Assembly: GCA_963796455.1 (NCBI GenBank)
Contig: CAWCLO010000001.1
Span: forward strand, 992,001 to 1,056,000
From: Candidatus Sulfomarinibacteraceae bacterium
Lineage (GTDB): Bacteria; Acidobacteriota; Thermoanaerobaculia; Thermoanaerobaculales; Sulfomarinibacteraceae
DNA: 64,000 nucleotides
Direction of reading: 5' to 3'
The notes under the pieces were generated by a model. The model did not search any database. It was not told the origin of the DNA and was given only the letters and a program-made list of their open reading frames with translations. Below, one piece after another: positions 28,636 to 44,096 of this stretch. The stretch's first letter is position 1; every line of letters begins with the position of its first letter. The position numbers and the translations under genes are program-made.

Positions 28636-30685
28636 TGTTTGAGCCCCTCAGGCTGATCAGGGCATCCGCAGCGATCACTCCACGCCCTTCAGCCAGAACC
28701 ATCAGCGGATTGATATCCAGTTCTGAGATAGTTTCGGGTTGATTCGCCACAAAAGTTCCAAGCGTCAGAATCGCCGAGACGGCGGAACTCAGATCACCCG
28801 GCGGCTTTCCTCGGAAGCCCTCAAGGAGGGGGGCGCACTTCAGCCCAACCACCGCGCTCTCTACTCTCTCTCTGGTTGTCGGCAGCAGGAGTGACACGCT
28901 GTCCTTCATCATTTCGACAAGGATTCCGCCACCTCCGACGACAAGGTATGGACCGAACTGCTGATCCCGCGCCACACCCACAATCAACTCGGCGACGGCA
29001 TCGTCGACCATCTCTTCGATCAGGAAAGAGTCGGAAAGGTGAGACATCTCGCTCACTGCGGCGAGAACCGCTTCTGTGCTTCCGAGATTCAACCTGACGC
29101 CCCCGACATCGGTTTTGTGCGCGACGCCCAATGCCTTGACCACAACCGGGAAACCCAGCATCTCTGCCGCGGCGACCGCCTCTGAAGCACCACGAACGAC
29201 TCTCGAGCCGGGACGGGGATTCCCATCTCCCGGAGGACGGATTTTGAATCGACTTCGTCGAGGACGCGGGCCGAGCCGTCCTCCTGCCCAGCCAGGTTCC
29301 GCAACAAGGGCGGAGCGGCCTGCATTTTCCATGCGGCGCCGATATCGATTGCAGCCTGTATACCCTCGAGCCCGGCATCGATACCGGCAAGGGGCGCGAC
29401 GCCCTCGGCAATCAGTCGCTCCGCCACCGCTTCCGAAATGGTGTCAGAGAAGGTCGCCAGGATGGCGCCCTTGGTGCCGGTGTCGTGAACCGCCCGCACA
29501 AAACCCTTCTCCGCACCACCCCAGGTCGACTGATCACACAGATCCTCCCGTGGATAGTCGAGCAAACACAAGGAGAGATCGAAGCCTTTGGATATGAATG
29601 GGGTGAAGGTTGCGGCCAACCGGTCCTCGTTGTCCCAGTCGAACATCTGGTAGTCGAGGGGATTGGCGGCCACCATACGTTCGTGGACCACCGCTCGAAG
29701 ACGTTTTGTCACCTCATCCGACAATGGAGGCATGGTCAGTCTCGAGCCCGCCATCGAGTCGGCAAGCAGTGTGAGATCACCACCCGATGTGCTCATGGCG
29801 GCCACCCGACCTCCGTCGATTGGGCCGAGCACGTGCAGTACCTTGAGGGCTTCGACGAGGGTTTCCAGGGAGTCGACGCGCGCCACACCGAGGCGGTCGA
29901 AGAGGTCATTGATCAGCGTATCAGAGCCGGCAAGCGAGGCTGTGTGCGACACGACGATCTTCTGAGCGACGTCGGAGCGACCGGTTTTTATGGCAACGAC
30001 CGGCTTGCCCAGCTGACGAGCCACATTGACCGCGATCTCGAAGGCCACCGGATCGGACATCGCTTCGAGGTAGAGCCCCAGCGCCGTGACCCGCTCCTGT
30101 CGCGCAAACATGAGGATCGCATCTTCGAGTTTGAATTTCAGCTGGTTCCCGAGGGACATCATGTATGCGATCGGCAAACCTCGCCGCTGCATCGAGAGAT
30201 TGAAGGCCACGTTTGACGACATCGAAACGATTGCCACGCCCGTTTCAACCCGCCGGCCGCCTTGCTGGTCAGGCCAGAGCATCGCTCCATCGACGTAATT
30301 GAGCAGCCCGTAACAATTCGGGCCCACCAGGGGCATTTCACCCGCGGCGTCCAGGAGTTGTTTTTCGAGCTCTGAGCCTTCCTCGCCGGCCTCGGTAAAA
30401 CCGGTGGCATAACAGATCGCTCCACCAGCGTCCCGCGTCGCAAGACCCCTGACGATGTCGATGGTGAGATTCCGGTTGACGCCGACATAGGCCGCATCCG
30501 GGCTTCCCGGGAGATCTTCGACCGTTCGATAGACCCTACGGCCCAGGACGTTTTCCTTTTTTGGGTGGACCGGCCAGATCTCGCCTCCGTAACCCATCCG
30601 GTCGCATTGGCGCAACGAGCTCCTCAGCAACTCCCCCACCAAAAACCGCGATCGACTTGGGCCGCAACAAGCGCTCGAAGGACAT
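28628..30685 (-). CDS. ADP-forming acyl-CoA synthetase (acetate-CoA ligase family), split by frameshifts
   Basis: MSFERLLRPKSIAVFGG start, GPNCYG, SHTASLAG, NPLD, HKTDVGGV, ELDINPL. Confidence 0.82.
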
Positions 30686-30708
30686 CTTTTCTCCCTCGGA
30701 ATCGACCT

Positions 30709-31684
30709 TCACTGCGACATTCCTCGCAGCTTCTCATTGATGATGGTCTCGGCGTCCGAGACAATTCGAGAAACCAGTTCCGCCACGGTCGGGATGTCAT
30801 AAACCAGACCTGCCGAAGCTCCGGCCCACCAGATCCCGTGTTCCAGATCACCGGTTTCGAGCACAACGGCACCGCGTTCTCCAGCTACCAATTCCTCGAC
30901 ATCAGCAAACTCGGTCCCGGTGCGTTTTTCGATCTCGGCGACCTCGAGTGCGACCGAATTCTTGAATACTCGGGCGGTATTTCTGAATTTTCGAAAAATG
31001 AGCTGGGTATCGAGTTCGCTGGCCTCAACCAGTTTCTGCTTCAGATTGTCATGCACCGGCGCCTCTTTGGTCGCCACGAAACGGGTCCCCATGCTGATGC
31101 CCACCGCTCCCATCGCCAGAGCGGCAACCAGGCCGCGGCCATCGCTGAATCCCCCGCACGCGATCACCGGCACATCCAGCTCATCGACCGCTCGCGGCAG
31201 CAGGACCAGAGATCCGATATCGTCCTCGCCGGGATGGCCCGCCGCTTCAAAACCGTCGATCGAGACTGCGGCGCACCCGACCTTCTGCGCCTTGAGCGCG
31301 TGTTTGATGGCGGTGCACTTGTGGATGACCTTGATCCCTGCGGCGTCAAAGCCGGACATGAACGGTTCAGGACTGTGACCCGCCGTCTCCACAACCTTGA
31401 TTCCAGAGTCAACGATGACCGCCGCAATTTTTTCGTATGGAGGCGGCGTGCGGCTCGGGAGGATTGTCACATTGACCCCAAAGGGGCGGTCGGTCATCGA
31501 GCGGGTTCGTTCGATCTCCTCGGCCAGGGCCTCCGGCGTCGGCTGCGTCAGTGCGGTCAGAAACCCGAGTGCTCCCGCATTGGCCACGGCAGAAACAAGC
31601 TCGGCCGTCGAGACGCGCTGCATTCCCCCCCTGTACAACGGGGTGCTCGATACCCAGCATCTCGGTGAGCGGTGTCTTCAGCAT
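30709..31684 (-). CDS. Nitronate monooxygenase / FabK-like flavin oxidoreductase
   Basis: IEHPVVQGG (indel in G-run near 31625), GFEAAGHPGEDD, MGTRF. Confidence 0.85.
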
Positions 31685-31709
31685 CTGGACTCCCTGTTCC
31701 ACGAATCGG

Positions 31710-33245
31710 TCATGGTGATTCCCCGGCGTCATCCTCCTTGAGCCATCTGAGGAGTGACCACACACTCAAAGCAATGACAAAAATCAGCGGCAGGGCAACG
31801 ATCAACGAGGCGGTCTGGAGTGGTTTCAAGCCTCCGAGATACATCAGGGCGACCGCCATCCCACCGAGCGCCAGCGCCCAAAAGAGCCGGTTCCACCGCA
31901 GGGGCTCCGATTCGCCCGCCACCATCTCCTTCGAAGCGACGGATGCGATCGTGTAGGCCGAGGCCTGGAGAGTGGTCGCCGAGTAGATAAAGGCCATTGC
32001 GACAAAGAGGATCAGAACAAAGGTGCCCGCGGGCAAGGCATTGACCACAGCGACAATAGCCGCCTGGGGCGAAACCTCGTTCATGATTTTGATCACCGGG
32101 ACCGTGCCATTGAGCTGTTGGTGCAGCGCCGTGTTGCCGAAAACGGCAAAAAAGAGCCAGCAACCGAGGCTGCCCCACACGAGATTCGCCGCCACAACTT
32201 GGCGGATGGTTCTGCCCGCGCGAAATCCTGGCGACAAAGAGGCCCATGAACGGGGCATAGGCGATCCACCATGCCCAGTAGAAGACCGTCCAGGTCTGGG
32301 GAAAGCCCGACCCACCGACCGGGTCGGTGTAGAAGCTCATTTTCAGAAAGTTTGTAGCGAGCAGCCCGAGGCTGTTGGTGAAGGTATCGAGGATAAAGAC
32401 CGTTGGCCCGAAGACCAGCACAAAAGCGAGAAGGAAGAACCCGAGATAGACGTTGGCATCGGCCAGCCGCTTGATGCCCTTCTCCATCCCGAGGTAAACG
32501 GTGGTGCCGAAGATCGCGGTCCAGATGACGATCACAAAGGCATCGAGGGCAAAGGTCCGCTCGATCCCGGTCAATGTGCTGATGGACTCGGAGAGGATCG
32601 GAGTCCCGAGACCGAGCGAGGTTCCGGTGCCTCCGACCAGACCGAAGATAAAGAGCACATCGATGAGTTTACCGAGCGGGCCGTCCGCGCGATCACCGAT
32701 GACGCCTCGGCAGGCCTGGCTGATTCTCAAAAGCGGGACTTGCCGATTGTGGAAGGCATAGGCGATGGGCAGGGCCGGGATGCAATAAAGCGCCCATGCA
32801 AGCGGCCCCCAATGAAAGAGCCCGTACATTGCTGCCCAGTGGGCTGCCTCGGCGGTCTCGGCCTCGATGCCGAAGGGCGGCGCCTGGTAGTAATAAACCC
32901 ACTCGATGGTGGCCCAATAAAGCAGCGACGTGCCGATCCCGGCACAGAAGAGCATCGCGATCCAGCTCAGAGTCCGGAATTCGGGTTCGGCATCTTTTCC
33001 TCCAAACCTGACCGAACCATATCTTGCCAAATGCAAACCACAGAAGCGCACACAAAGCCGCAAAGGTGAACCACAGAAACAGAACCCCGAATTTCGAGGT
33101 GATGAATGCCATCACCCGGCCGAGGACCGCGGCACTCTGCTCGGGGAAGGGGATCAGCGGGCACGATCGCAGAGACCACAACCAGGAAGGGCGGGCCAGA
33201 ACACCTGATGATCGATCGGCGCCGGTGTCGGATTATCTTCATCAT
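31710..33245 (-). CDS. BCCT family betaine/carnitine/choline transporter, split by frameshifts
   Basis: PEF..LSWIAMLFCAGIG, FHWG, WTVFYWAWWIAYAPFMGLFVARISRG, LQTAS. Confidence 0.88.
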
Positions 33246-33260
33246 GCCCCTTGTCCCGGA

Positions 33261-34585
33261 CTACTTTGGCCCGTCGACCTCAGCGAAAATCCCGTTCAGA
33301 ACCTCGCGCAGGCGAGGAAGCACCTCGAGCTCGCTCTGGTCGTCGTTGAAGTACCCCACGTAGACGGCCACCAGATCGCGATCCGGATTGACCAGCAAGA
33401 CCCTGTCCGGCCCAGCCGCCCTTGAAGACATCGTTGTTGTCAAAGACCAGGTCCCACTGGTAGACATTGTGCTTGATCGTTTGATCCATCGCCTCGTCCG
33501 GGGGACCTCCAACGCTGCGTTGGCCAACAGTTCGGGACGCCCACCGTTCTTCAGCATTTTGATGTGACCGATCGGAAATGATCTTTCGTCGGAGACAATC
33601 GAATAGCTCGGGGTGAAAAGCAGACCGAATCGCGCGAGATCTCGGGGCCTCGCGAGGAACCCTCCCGCGAACAGGGGAACTCCAAAACGGGGTGCCAGCA
33701 TCGCTGCGTCACCTTCGGCGCCGATCTGCGTCCAGATCTCGCGGGAGAGTGCGTCTTGAAAGGGCATCCCGGTCAGTTTTTCGACCAACCAACCGAGAAT
33801 GTAGGTGTTGATCGAACCATACTCGAAGGAGGTCCCTTGCTCGGCGAAACATCCGACCTCGAGACCCGCGATGTATTCGTATGGATCGTCTGGAGACCCG
33901 CTCGTCCCAATGGGCTTCTCCGGTCGTCTCCATCAGCCCGTAGTAGCAGGAGTCTCTGTCGTAATACTCTTCCGGGCAATCGACACCGGTAGCCATGTCG
34001 AGGATGTTTCTCACGCTGATCCCCGCGTAGGGGGAACCCGAGAGCTCCGGAATATAGGTCTCGACGGCCTTGTCGATTTCGACCTGTCCGCGCGCCTCGA
34101 GGATGCTCACGACGGCGGAGACCAGCACCTTGGTCACCGACCAATAGATCGGCCTCTCATAAGGCTGCATTCGTGGATAGTCTTCAAATACGATGACGCC
34201 ACGGTGCAGGATGACCATGCCCATACAGGTCGAAAAATCGCTGTTCAGGAATTCAGAAAATCGCATGGGCCCGTCGGGGGTATCGACGGTGTGAGTTGGC
34301 GATAGCCGCCATCGGCCGGCTCTCGAGTTCTCGAACGGGACCGGAGCGATACACATTGACCGTCGGAAAAACCCGGTTGAGGTTCCGGTTGTTCCAGGCC
34401 ATATCGACGCCGTTGACGTTCCACCAGGATGTGTCTGTCGGCAGCTTGCCGATCTGGCGGCGAACCTCTTCCACCGAGGACGCAGACTCGAAGGTCTGAG
34501 TATCCACCACCGCCGCGCCTGCCGCCGCGACCAGAAGCCCGATCGGGATCAGGGCTGCGACCCGATGTTTCACATTGCCTCCCAT
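33261..34585 (-). CDS. Serine hydrolase (NylB-like), split by frameshifts
   Basis: WSVTK, ILDMATGV, IWTQIGAEGDA, RDLARFG, KGGWAGQ across ORF fragments. Confidence 0.75.
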
Positions 34586-34589
34586 GCCC

Positions 34590-35647
34590 TCACCTGCCAT
34601 TCTTTTCGAAGAATTCCAGATCACATCGATCCCGAACTGATCGTTTCCCTTGCGCGGCCAATCGTGACCGCCGTCCCAGCCGCAATCCACGATCTCGGCA
34701 CCGGAGGCACAGCTAGTACGCTGGATGCACTCGAGCCCCTGGGTACCGTCCTTCGAGGTCCGGTATGGGCTGTCTTCGCTCGCGCAGCCCTGGGAATCAC
34801 TGGCAGCCCAAGCGTTGAGAACCTCCGCGGAGGGGGTGTAGAGAAAGCCATCGCTTGCCGGTACGCCGTCGAAGGGCACTGTGGTGTCGTGGGTCGCATA
34901 AATGTTCATCATCGAAATCGCGGGCGATGGTCCGGGTGCGCAGTTGAATCCTCTCGCGATCGTCCCCGCCACCGGGGCAATGGCCGCAAAACGATCCGGG
35001 AGATCGCAACCGAGACGGTGGACAAACATCCCGCCGTTGCTGATCCCGGTGGCAAAGACCCGATCAAGATCGATGCACAGAGTGGCCTCCAACTCGTCGA
35101 GAAGTGAAACGATGAAACCCACGTCGTCATAGCACGAACACCAATCGCACTCTCTCGGCTCGCCGCATTCGGGCGGCGTCGGATAGTCAAAGGCCTCGTC
35201 GGTGCAGATCGATCCCTCGGGGCCCGGAGAGGAATTGCACGCAAGATCATTCCACGACGTGATCGTGGCTCCATCCACCTCGAAACCGGTCGCCTGGGGA
35301 TAGCCAACCACATATCCCTTTTGATCGGCATGTTGACTGAAGGAGGTGTACTCGTTTTCCAGCTTCATCACGTTGCCCGTATAGCCGTGGATGACGAGAA
35401 CCAATGGAGCTGGGCTCGCCGAATCGTAGCCGGTCGGGAGGTGGAGGCGGTACTCCCGTTCGAGCTCCCCGACCGTGATATCGAACGGCGCCGAGGAGCC
35501 AGCCTCGAGCGCCGCCTTCGATCCACAACCCGTGCTCGGATTGGAAATCCCCACCTCACCAGCGGTTCCAGCGGAGAAACCGGGCCCCGCCGCTGCCACC
35601 ACCAGGATCGAAAAAACCGACGGCAGGCCGCGAGCTCCACGATATTT

Positions 35648-35651
<4 letters not shown>
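34590..35651 (-). CDS. Secreted LpqC/PHB-depolymerase-like esterase
   Basis: PLVLVIHG, DDVGF, TGISNGG, FAAIAPVAG, GGHDWP; ends reconstructed across indels. Confidence 0.78.
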
Positions 35652-38827
<3,176 letters not shown>

Positions 38828-38901
38828 GAGAACCCTCCGACCACAAAAATTCAGTACCGTCCGACATTCCGAAACCTCGACCCGACCCGTGAATCGGCTC
38901 G

Positions 38902-38930
38902 AAAAAAGAGACAGCCCGCCGAAGCGGGCT
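38902..38930 (-). terminator. Intrinsic terminator after TonB-dependent receptor
   Basis: Minus strand reads AGCCCGC-TTCG-GCGGGCT followed by GTCTCTTTTTT. Confidence 0.7.
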
Positions 38931-38950
38931 CGAACTCTATGCGCCCTCCA

Positions 38951-41744
38951 CTAGAAGGAGATTCTTGCTCGCAATTGTGCCCTTCGCGGTAGGACCCACC
39001 CACCGGGCAGCGGCTCCTCACCGACCGGGAAGTCGAGATTACTCCACCACTCGACGGCATCGTCGTTCAGAAGATTGAGTATCTGGAGGTCGATGCTGAG
39101 ATCGGTTCCTTTCCGAGGTTGAAGTGCTTGCCGATGCCAATGTCCCAAAGGTATTGGGTCGGCAGGCGTTGGCTGTCTGATGCCGGCGAGGTGACGATCG
39201 TGGTGGATCCACGGTTCGGGAGTTGGATCCTCTGTTGGCGGTCGAGGTACGCCCGCTTTGATTTGAGGCACCGAACTGATCTTGAACTGCAGCGGCAGCA
39301 CCCAATTGCCGACAAAACGGAGAATGTGGCGGCGGTCTCCGGCCAAAACCTTATCCGAGTTGATAAAGGCGTTGGGGTCGGCGTCGTCACGGTTGGCGAG
39401 AACCTGGCCCTGACCGGCCCAATCGGCCGTAAAGTGCCGAGGATTCAGACCCTCGGCCCTCGAGTAACTATATGAAGCCATGAGGTCCCAATTTTTGCTG
39501 AATCTCTTGTTGTAGTCAGGAAAAATCCTACATAATCCTGCTCGTAGGGTCGGATCTCCACCTGCCGCACCTGGGGCCAGAGGTGTTTCCCTTGTAGCGC
39601 GTCGGTTCGACCGAGTAGTCCCTCAGTGTGTACGTGTTTCCGGTCTCCGGATCGGTCCAATCGAAATTTTCGTACTCCCCGTCATCGTCGATGTACCAGC
39701 CGATCTGGTTTTTGGTTTGTTTGTAAACCACCTGCGCTCCTACGGCACTCGTCGATGTCACCTGATGATCAAACCCGAGGGTGTACTCCCAGGTGTGGGC
39801 GTTCTTTGTACCGTCGATGAGGAAAGCGTCCGGTGTCGTCTCCCAGATCGAAAGCAACTCCCACTCCTGTCATAGTTCCACCAGTAAGTCGCCCACGCCG
39901 GCACGGCAGGCGGCGGTGAATACCAGTCGCCGGAGGTCATACCGGCGTGGAACTGCCCGATGGATCCACGGATGACGGTTCTTCCATCGCCCTTGGGTTG
40001 CCAGGCGAAGCCGATACGAGGATCCACGTTGGTCCAGTCGACCATGTCCTTGCCCGGAACGACCTCGCCGGTTGGGATGGAGTTCCTATCCAGGCGATTG
40101 AAGTCCGGGACCGAACCGGTGTGTTTGTCGTAACGTACACCGAGATCCAACGTGAACTTGCTGCTGATGGACCAACTGTCGGTGACGAAGACACCGATCG
40201 ATTTGGAATCGCCGCCGTAGTAGTAGGGCGTCCCGGTGTACCAATACTGTTCGATGGTGGTGTAATAGTAACCAGGGTAGTAATACGACTCGTAGGTGTA
40301 ATACTGCTGGTAATACCAGTCGGGTCGGAAGGGTTTGGTGGTTCCGCCACCCTGTGAGTACTGGACTCCGAAGCGAAATTCGTGGTCACCCTTGATGAAC
40401 TCATCAGCGTGCTGGGTGATGATGACCTCGGCGTCATCGGAGTGCTGCTCCCAATCCCAATCCCAATAGGTGCCGCCGCTCTCGAGCGTTGGTGACACGG
40501 TGTAATCGGCGAAATAGGGTTCGGTGCTCGGGTACTGGGGACGGTTCTTGGTCTCGCCCCGCCAGATGCCGCCACGCACCTCGAGGACCGTGTTCGCTCC
40601 CAGGATCGCACTGTAGTCCAAAGCAAACATTTTGTGTTCTTCGTACCACTCTTGCCAGGTCGTCGGTTCGGCAAAGATGCTGCCGGTGTTCGGTCCCAGA
40701 TAGTCGTGATCGTTGATGGTCAGGTTGATGCGGTGATTCTGGGCGATCTGCGCCGTCAACTTGCCGTCGTAGTTGTTCCACTCTGATCCCTTTTGCTCAG
40801 GAAGGGTGGAATCATCAAATGGACCGAAGTCCTGAAACCGTCCCGACTCGGCGCCAATGAAGAACCACAATTTATCCCGTAGAACCGGGCCACCCAGGGT
40901 CACTGCCAGATTGTTATGATGATCCAATCTATAGGTCTGGGCACCCTCGGGGGCGTCCTCACGCCGCGCATTCTCGCTGACCCAATCCGGATTCCACCAG
41001 TCGAGAGCGGCCGATCCGTGAAACTGGTTGGTTCCGGATTTCGTGACGACGTTGAATGCCGTGCCGAGCATCCCGCCGTACTCGGCGGTGGCACCGGTCC
41101 CGAGCACCTGAATCTCGGCGACGAGTTCATCGTTGATCGACCACGAGAGATCGCCTCCCTCCGGAGCCGTCCGATCGAGCCCATCGATGTTCCACTGGCT
41201 CGATTTGATATCGGCTCCAAAAGCAGCGATCTGGCTCGACCCCTCATTCATCTGGACGACGCCCGGGGTCATCGCGATCATGTCGTAGAAGTGGCCCCTT
41301 GTCGGCAGGTCGATAATCTGTTCGTTGTCGAACCTGGTATTGAAGGTGGGGCTCGAAACATCGACAATCGGTGTTTCTGCGACCACCGTTATTTCATCGG
41401 AAAATGTATCGGGCATGGTGAAGTCGACTGAAGCCACCGCTCCAATGTTGACCCGAACGGCTTCGGCGGACTGAGTCTGGAACCCGGTGAGAGAAGCGGT
41501 CACCGAGTAGGTGCCGATAGGTATCGCCGCAAATTGGAATCCACCGGATGCACTTGTTACCGACGATCGCTGGGCGGAGCCCAGGGGCTTCACCGGCAAC
41601 CACGATGGTGACTCCCGGGATGGCCTGACCGGCATCGTCGACGACTCTCCCTCGAATGCTGCCCATGGTCTGGGTCCACCCGATCTGCCCGACCAGCAGG
41701 ACGAGCACAAAAACTGAAACTCCGAGCAACCGCCTTTTCGTCAT
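38951..41744 (-). CDS. TonB-dependent receptor (Oar-like, carboxypeptidase-regulatory N-domain), frameshifted
   Basis: GSIRGRVVD..G.AIPGVT, NVVTKSGTNQFHG, LGGPVLRDKLWFF, DPRIGFAW, C-terminal PRRAQLRARISF. Confidence 0.85.
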
Positions 41745-41854
41745 CGAAAACCTCCTCCGGTCCGGTTATTCGTTGATCGAACCATTTGACGCCCCCTCGA
41801 GCAACGGGCAACGGGCAACGGTTCGATAATTCTCGGCAAAAACTTTCCCTTCAC

Positions 41855-42664
41855 TCATGCGTGGCGCGGATGAACCGATTCAACAGCCAGTCCATCCGCC
41901 TCCAGTTCTCGGATGATCGTTTTGTCCGCAAGATCGTCGGTTATCAACAGGTCGGCCCCGGAGATGTCCGTTACAAAGGCCGATGCGACCTCGCCGATCT
42001 TGTCGTGATCGGCCAGAAAAACAGTCTTATCGGCCGACCGAACCATCGCCTGTTTGATCTCAGCCTCGGCGATGTTGGCGTTGGTGAAACCACGTTCCGG
42101 ATCGACGCCGTTGCATCCCAGAAACGCCACGTCGGCTTTGAGCTGATCGAGAAGCAGCGTGCCCATCGGTGCGACCAGCGAGTGCTGAAGAGGTCTCAGC
42201 GTCCCTCCGGTCACGATCACCGAGACACCAGGGAGCGATTCGAGGATCAGGGCGATGTTCAGCGCGTTGGTGATCACCACCACTCGGACGAGATCAGGCG
42301 AGAGAGCGTTTGCCAGCTCAGTTGTGGTGCTTCCGACATCGATGATCACCGTCTGGCCGTTCTTCACCATGGCTGCCGCATAGGCGCCGATGGCCGCCTT
42401 TTCGGCGCGGTTGGCCGTGCTGGTCTCTTCGAGAGGCAGTTCGATGACACCGTTGGCCGACGCGACTGCGCCGCCCCGAACCCGGGTCAGGACATTTTTC
42501 TGCTCGAGGAATTTCAGGTCTTCGCGGATCGTCACCTCGGACACCTCGAGCCGTTCCTTGAGATCCGCGATGCTCACGCGTCCGTTGATTTCTATCGCGC
42601 GCCGAATCGCGTCGTGCCGCAATGCAGCCTTGAGAGCAACCGGATGATCTGATGTCAACACCAT
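41855..42664 (-). CDS. DeoR/GlpR/AgaR family transcriptional regulator
   Basis: VSEVTIREDLKFLE, RVRGGA, IDVGSTT, FLADHDKIG. Confidence 0.92.
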   Translation of the reverse strand: MVLTSDHPVALKAALRHDAIRRAIEINGRVSIADLKERLEVSEVTIREDLKFLEQKNVLTRVRGGAVASANGVIELPLEETSTANRAEKAAIGAYAAAMVKNGQTVIIDVGSTTTELANALSPDLVRVVVITNALNIALILESLPGVSVIVTGGTLRPLQHSLVAPMGTLLLDQLKADVAFLGCNGVDPERGFTNANIAEAEIKQAMVRSADKTVFLADHDKIGEVASAFVTDISGADLLITDDLADKTIIRELEADGLAVESVHPRHA

Positions 42665-42946
42665 GGGCTTCTTCAGTTTTAAAAGATAATCCCAGATTTT
42701 CGAAAGCGCAAGTGATAGGAAACGACCCTGCCCAAAAACGTCGAAAAACGATTATATCCGCCATTAACGCCGTTCGCACGCACCAACCAAGGAACAATGA
42801 TACACATTATCACTTTGTTTTCTTAAGGTTGGGCCGCAACAACTCTTCAACATTGCCAAGCACATGTCCATGGCCAATGGTGTACAGTACATCGTGAAGG
42901 ACTCGGAATTTCGAAAGAAATAAAAAGAAACGAGAGCATCGCACGG

Positions 42947-44012
42947 ATGATCGACCACTCGAATTCCCGGATTTCAGCGCGGTCCTTCGGGGTTCTAGCC
43001 GACGGCCGTGAGGTCGATCTCTATCGCCTGGGCAATGATCGAGGAATGTGCGCCGAGATCACGAACTACGGCGGGATTGTCACCTCTTTATGTGTCCCGG
43101 ATCGAGAGGGTCGGATAAAGACATCGTGCTCGGCTTTGACGATCTGGATCATTACCTGGATGGCCACCCTTTTTTCGGTGCGATCGTCGGTCGCTACGGC
43201 AACCGCATCGCGAAGGGGCATTTCACACTCGACGGTCGAGGATTCGACCTCGCCAGAAACAACGGCCCAAACCACCTCCACGGTGGTGAGGTCGGTTTCG
43301 ACAAGGCCGTGTGGGCGGCCTGTACGAACGGAGGAGAACTCCGGCTCAGCCATATAGCCCGGACGAAGAGGAGGGTTTCCCGGGCCGGCTCGAGGTTACC
43401 GTCATCTACAGGCTGACCGACACCAACGAGCTCTGGATCGACTACCAGGCCACCACAGACCGCCCGACCATCGTCAACCTGACCAATCACTCCTATTTCA
43501 ATCTCAGCGGCCACGACAGCGGCGACATCCTCGACCACAAAATCTCGATCAACGGGGATCGCTTTACGCCGGTAGATGAAAACCTGATTCCGACCGGCGA
43601 ACTCCGTGCGGTCGCCGGAACACCGATGGATCTCCGCGAACCGGTGGCCATAAGATCACGAATCGACTCGCAGGACGAACAATTGCACTTCGCCGGAGGC
43701 TATGACCACAATTGGGTCCTCAACCGGGCATCAGATGAACTCCAGATCGCGGCAACAGTCCGCGATCAGACCAGCGGTCGGGTGATGGATGTCTTGACCA
43801 CAGAACCGGGAGTCCAGTTCTATACGGCGAATTTTCTCGATGGAAGCCTGATCGGTAAAGCGGGTGCACGTTATGGACGGAGGTGCGCGCTGTGTCTCGA
43901 GACCCAGCACTTTCCGGATTCACCCAACAAACCGGATTTCCCTTCTACAGTTCTTCGGCCGGGAGAGACCTATCAATCAACGACCGCCTACCGCTTCTCG
44001 GTGGAGTCGTGA
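42947..44012 (+). CDS. galM: Aldose 1-epimerase (mutarotase), two frameshifts
   Basis: [40 protein letters not shown]. Confidence 0.9.
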
Positions 44013-44096
44013 TGGGCCGCATTCTCTGCAACGAATTATTGACGATCGATCAACGGCAATTCACACTCGTCTCGCAACGATGAAGGGAGAGGGATC

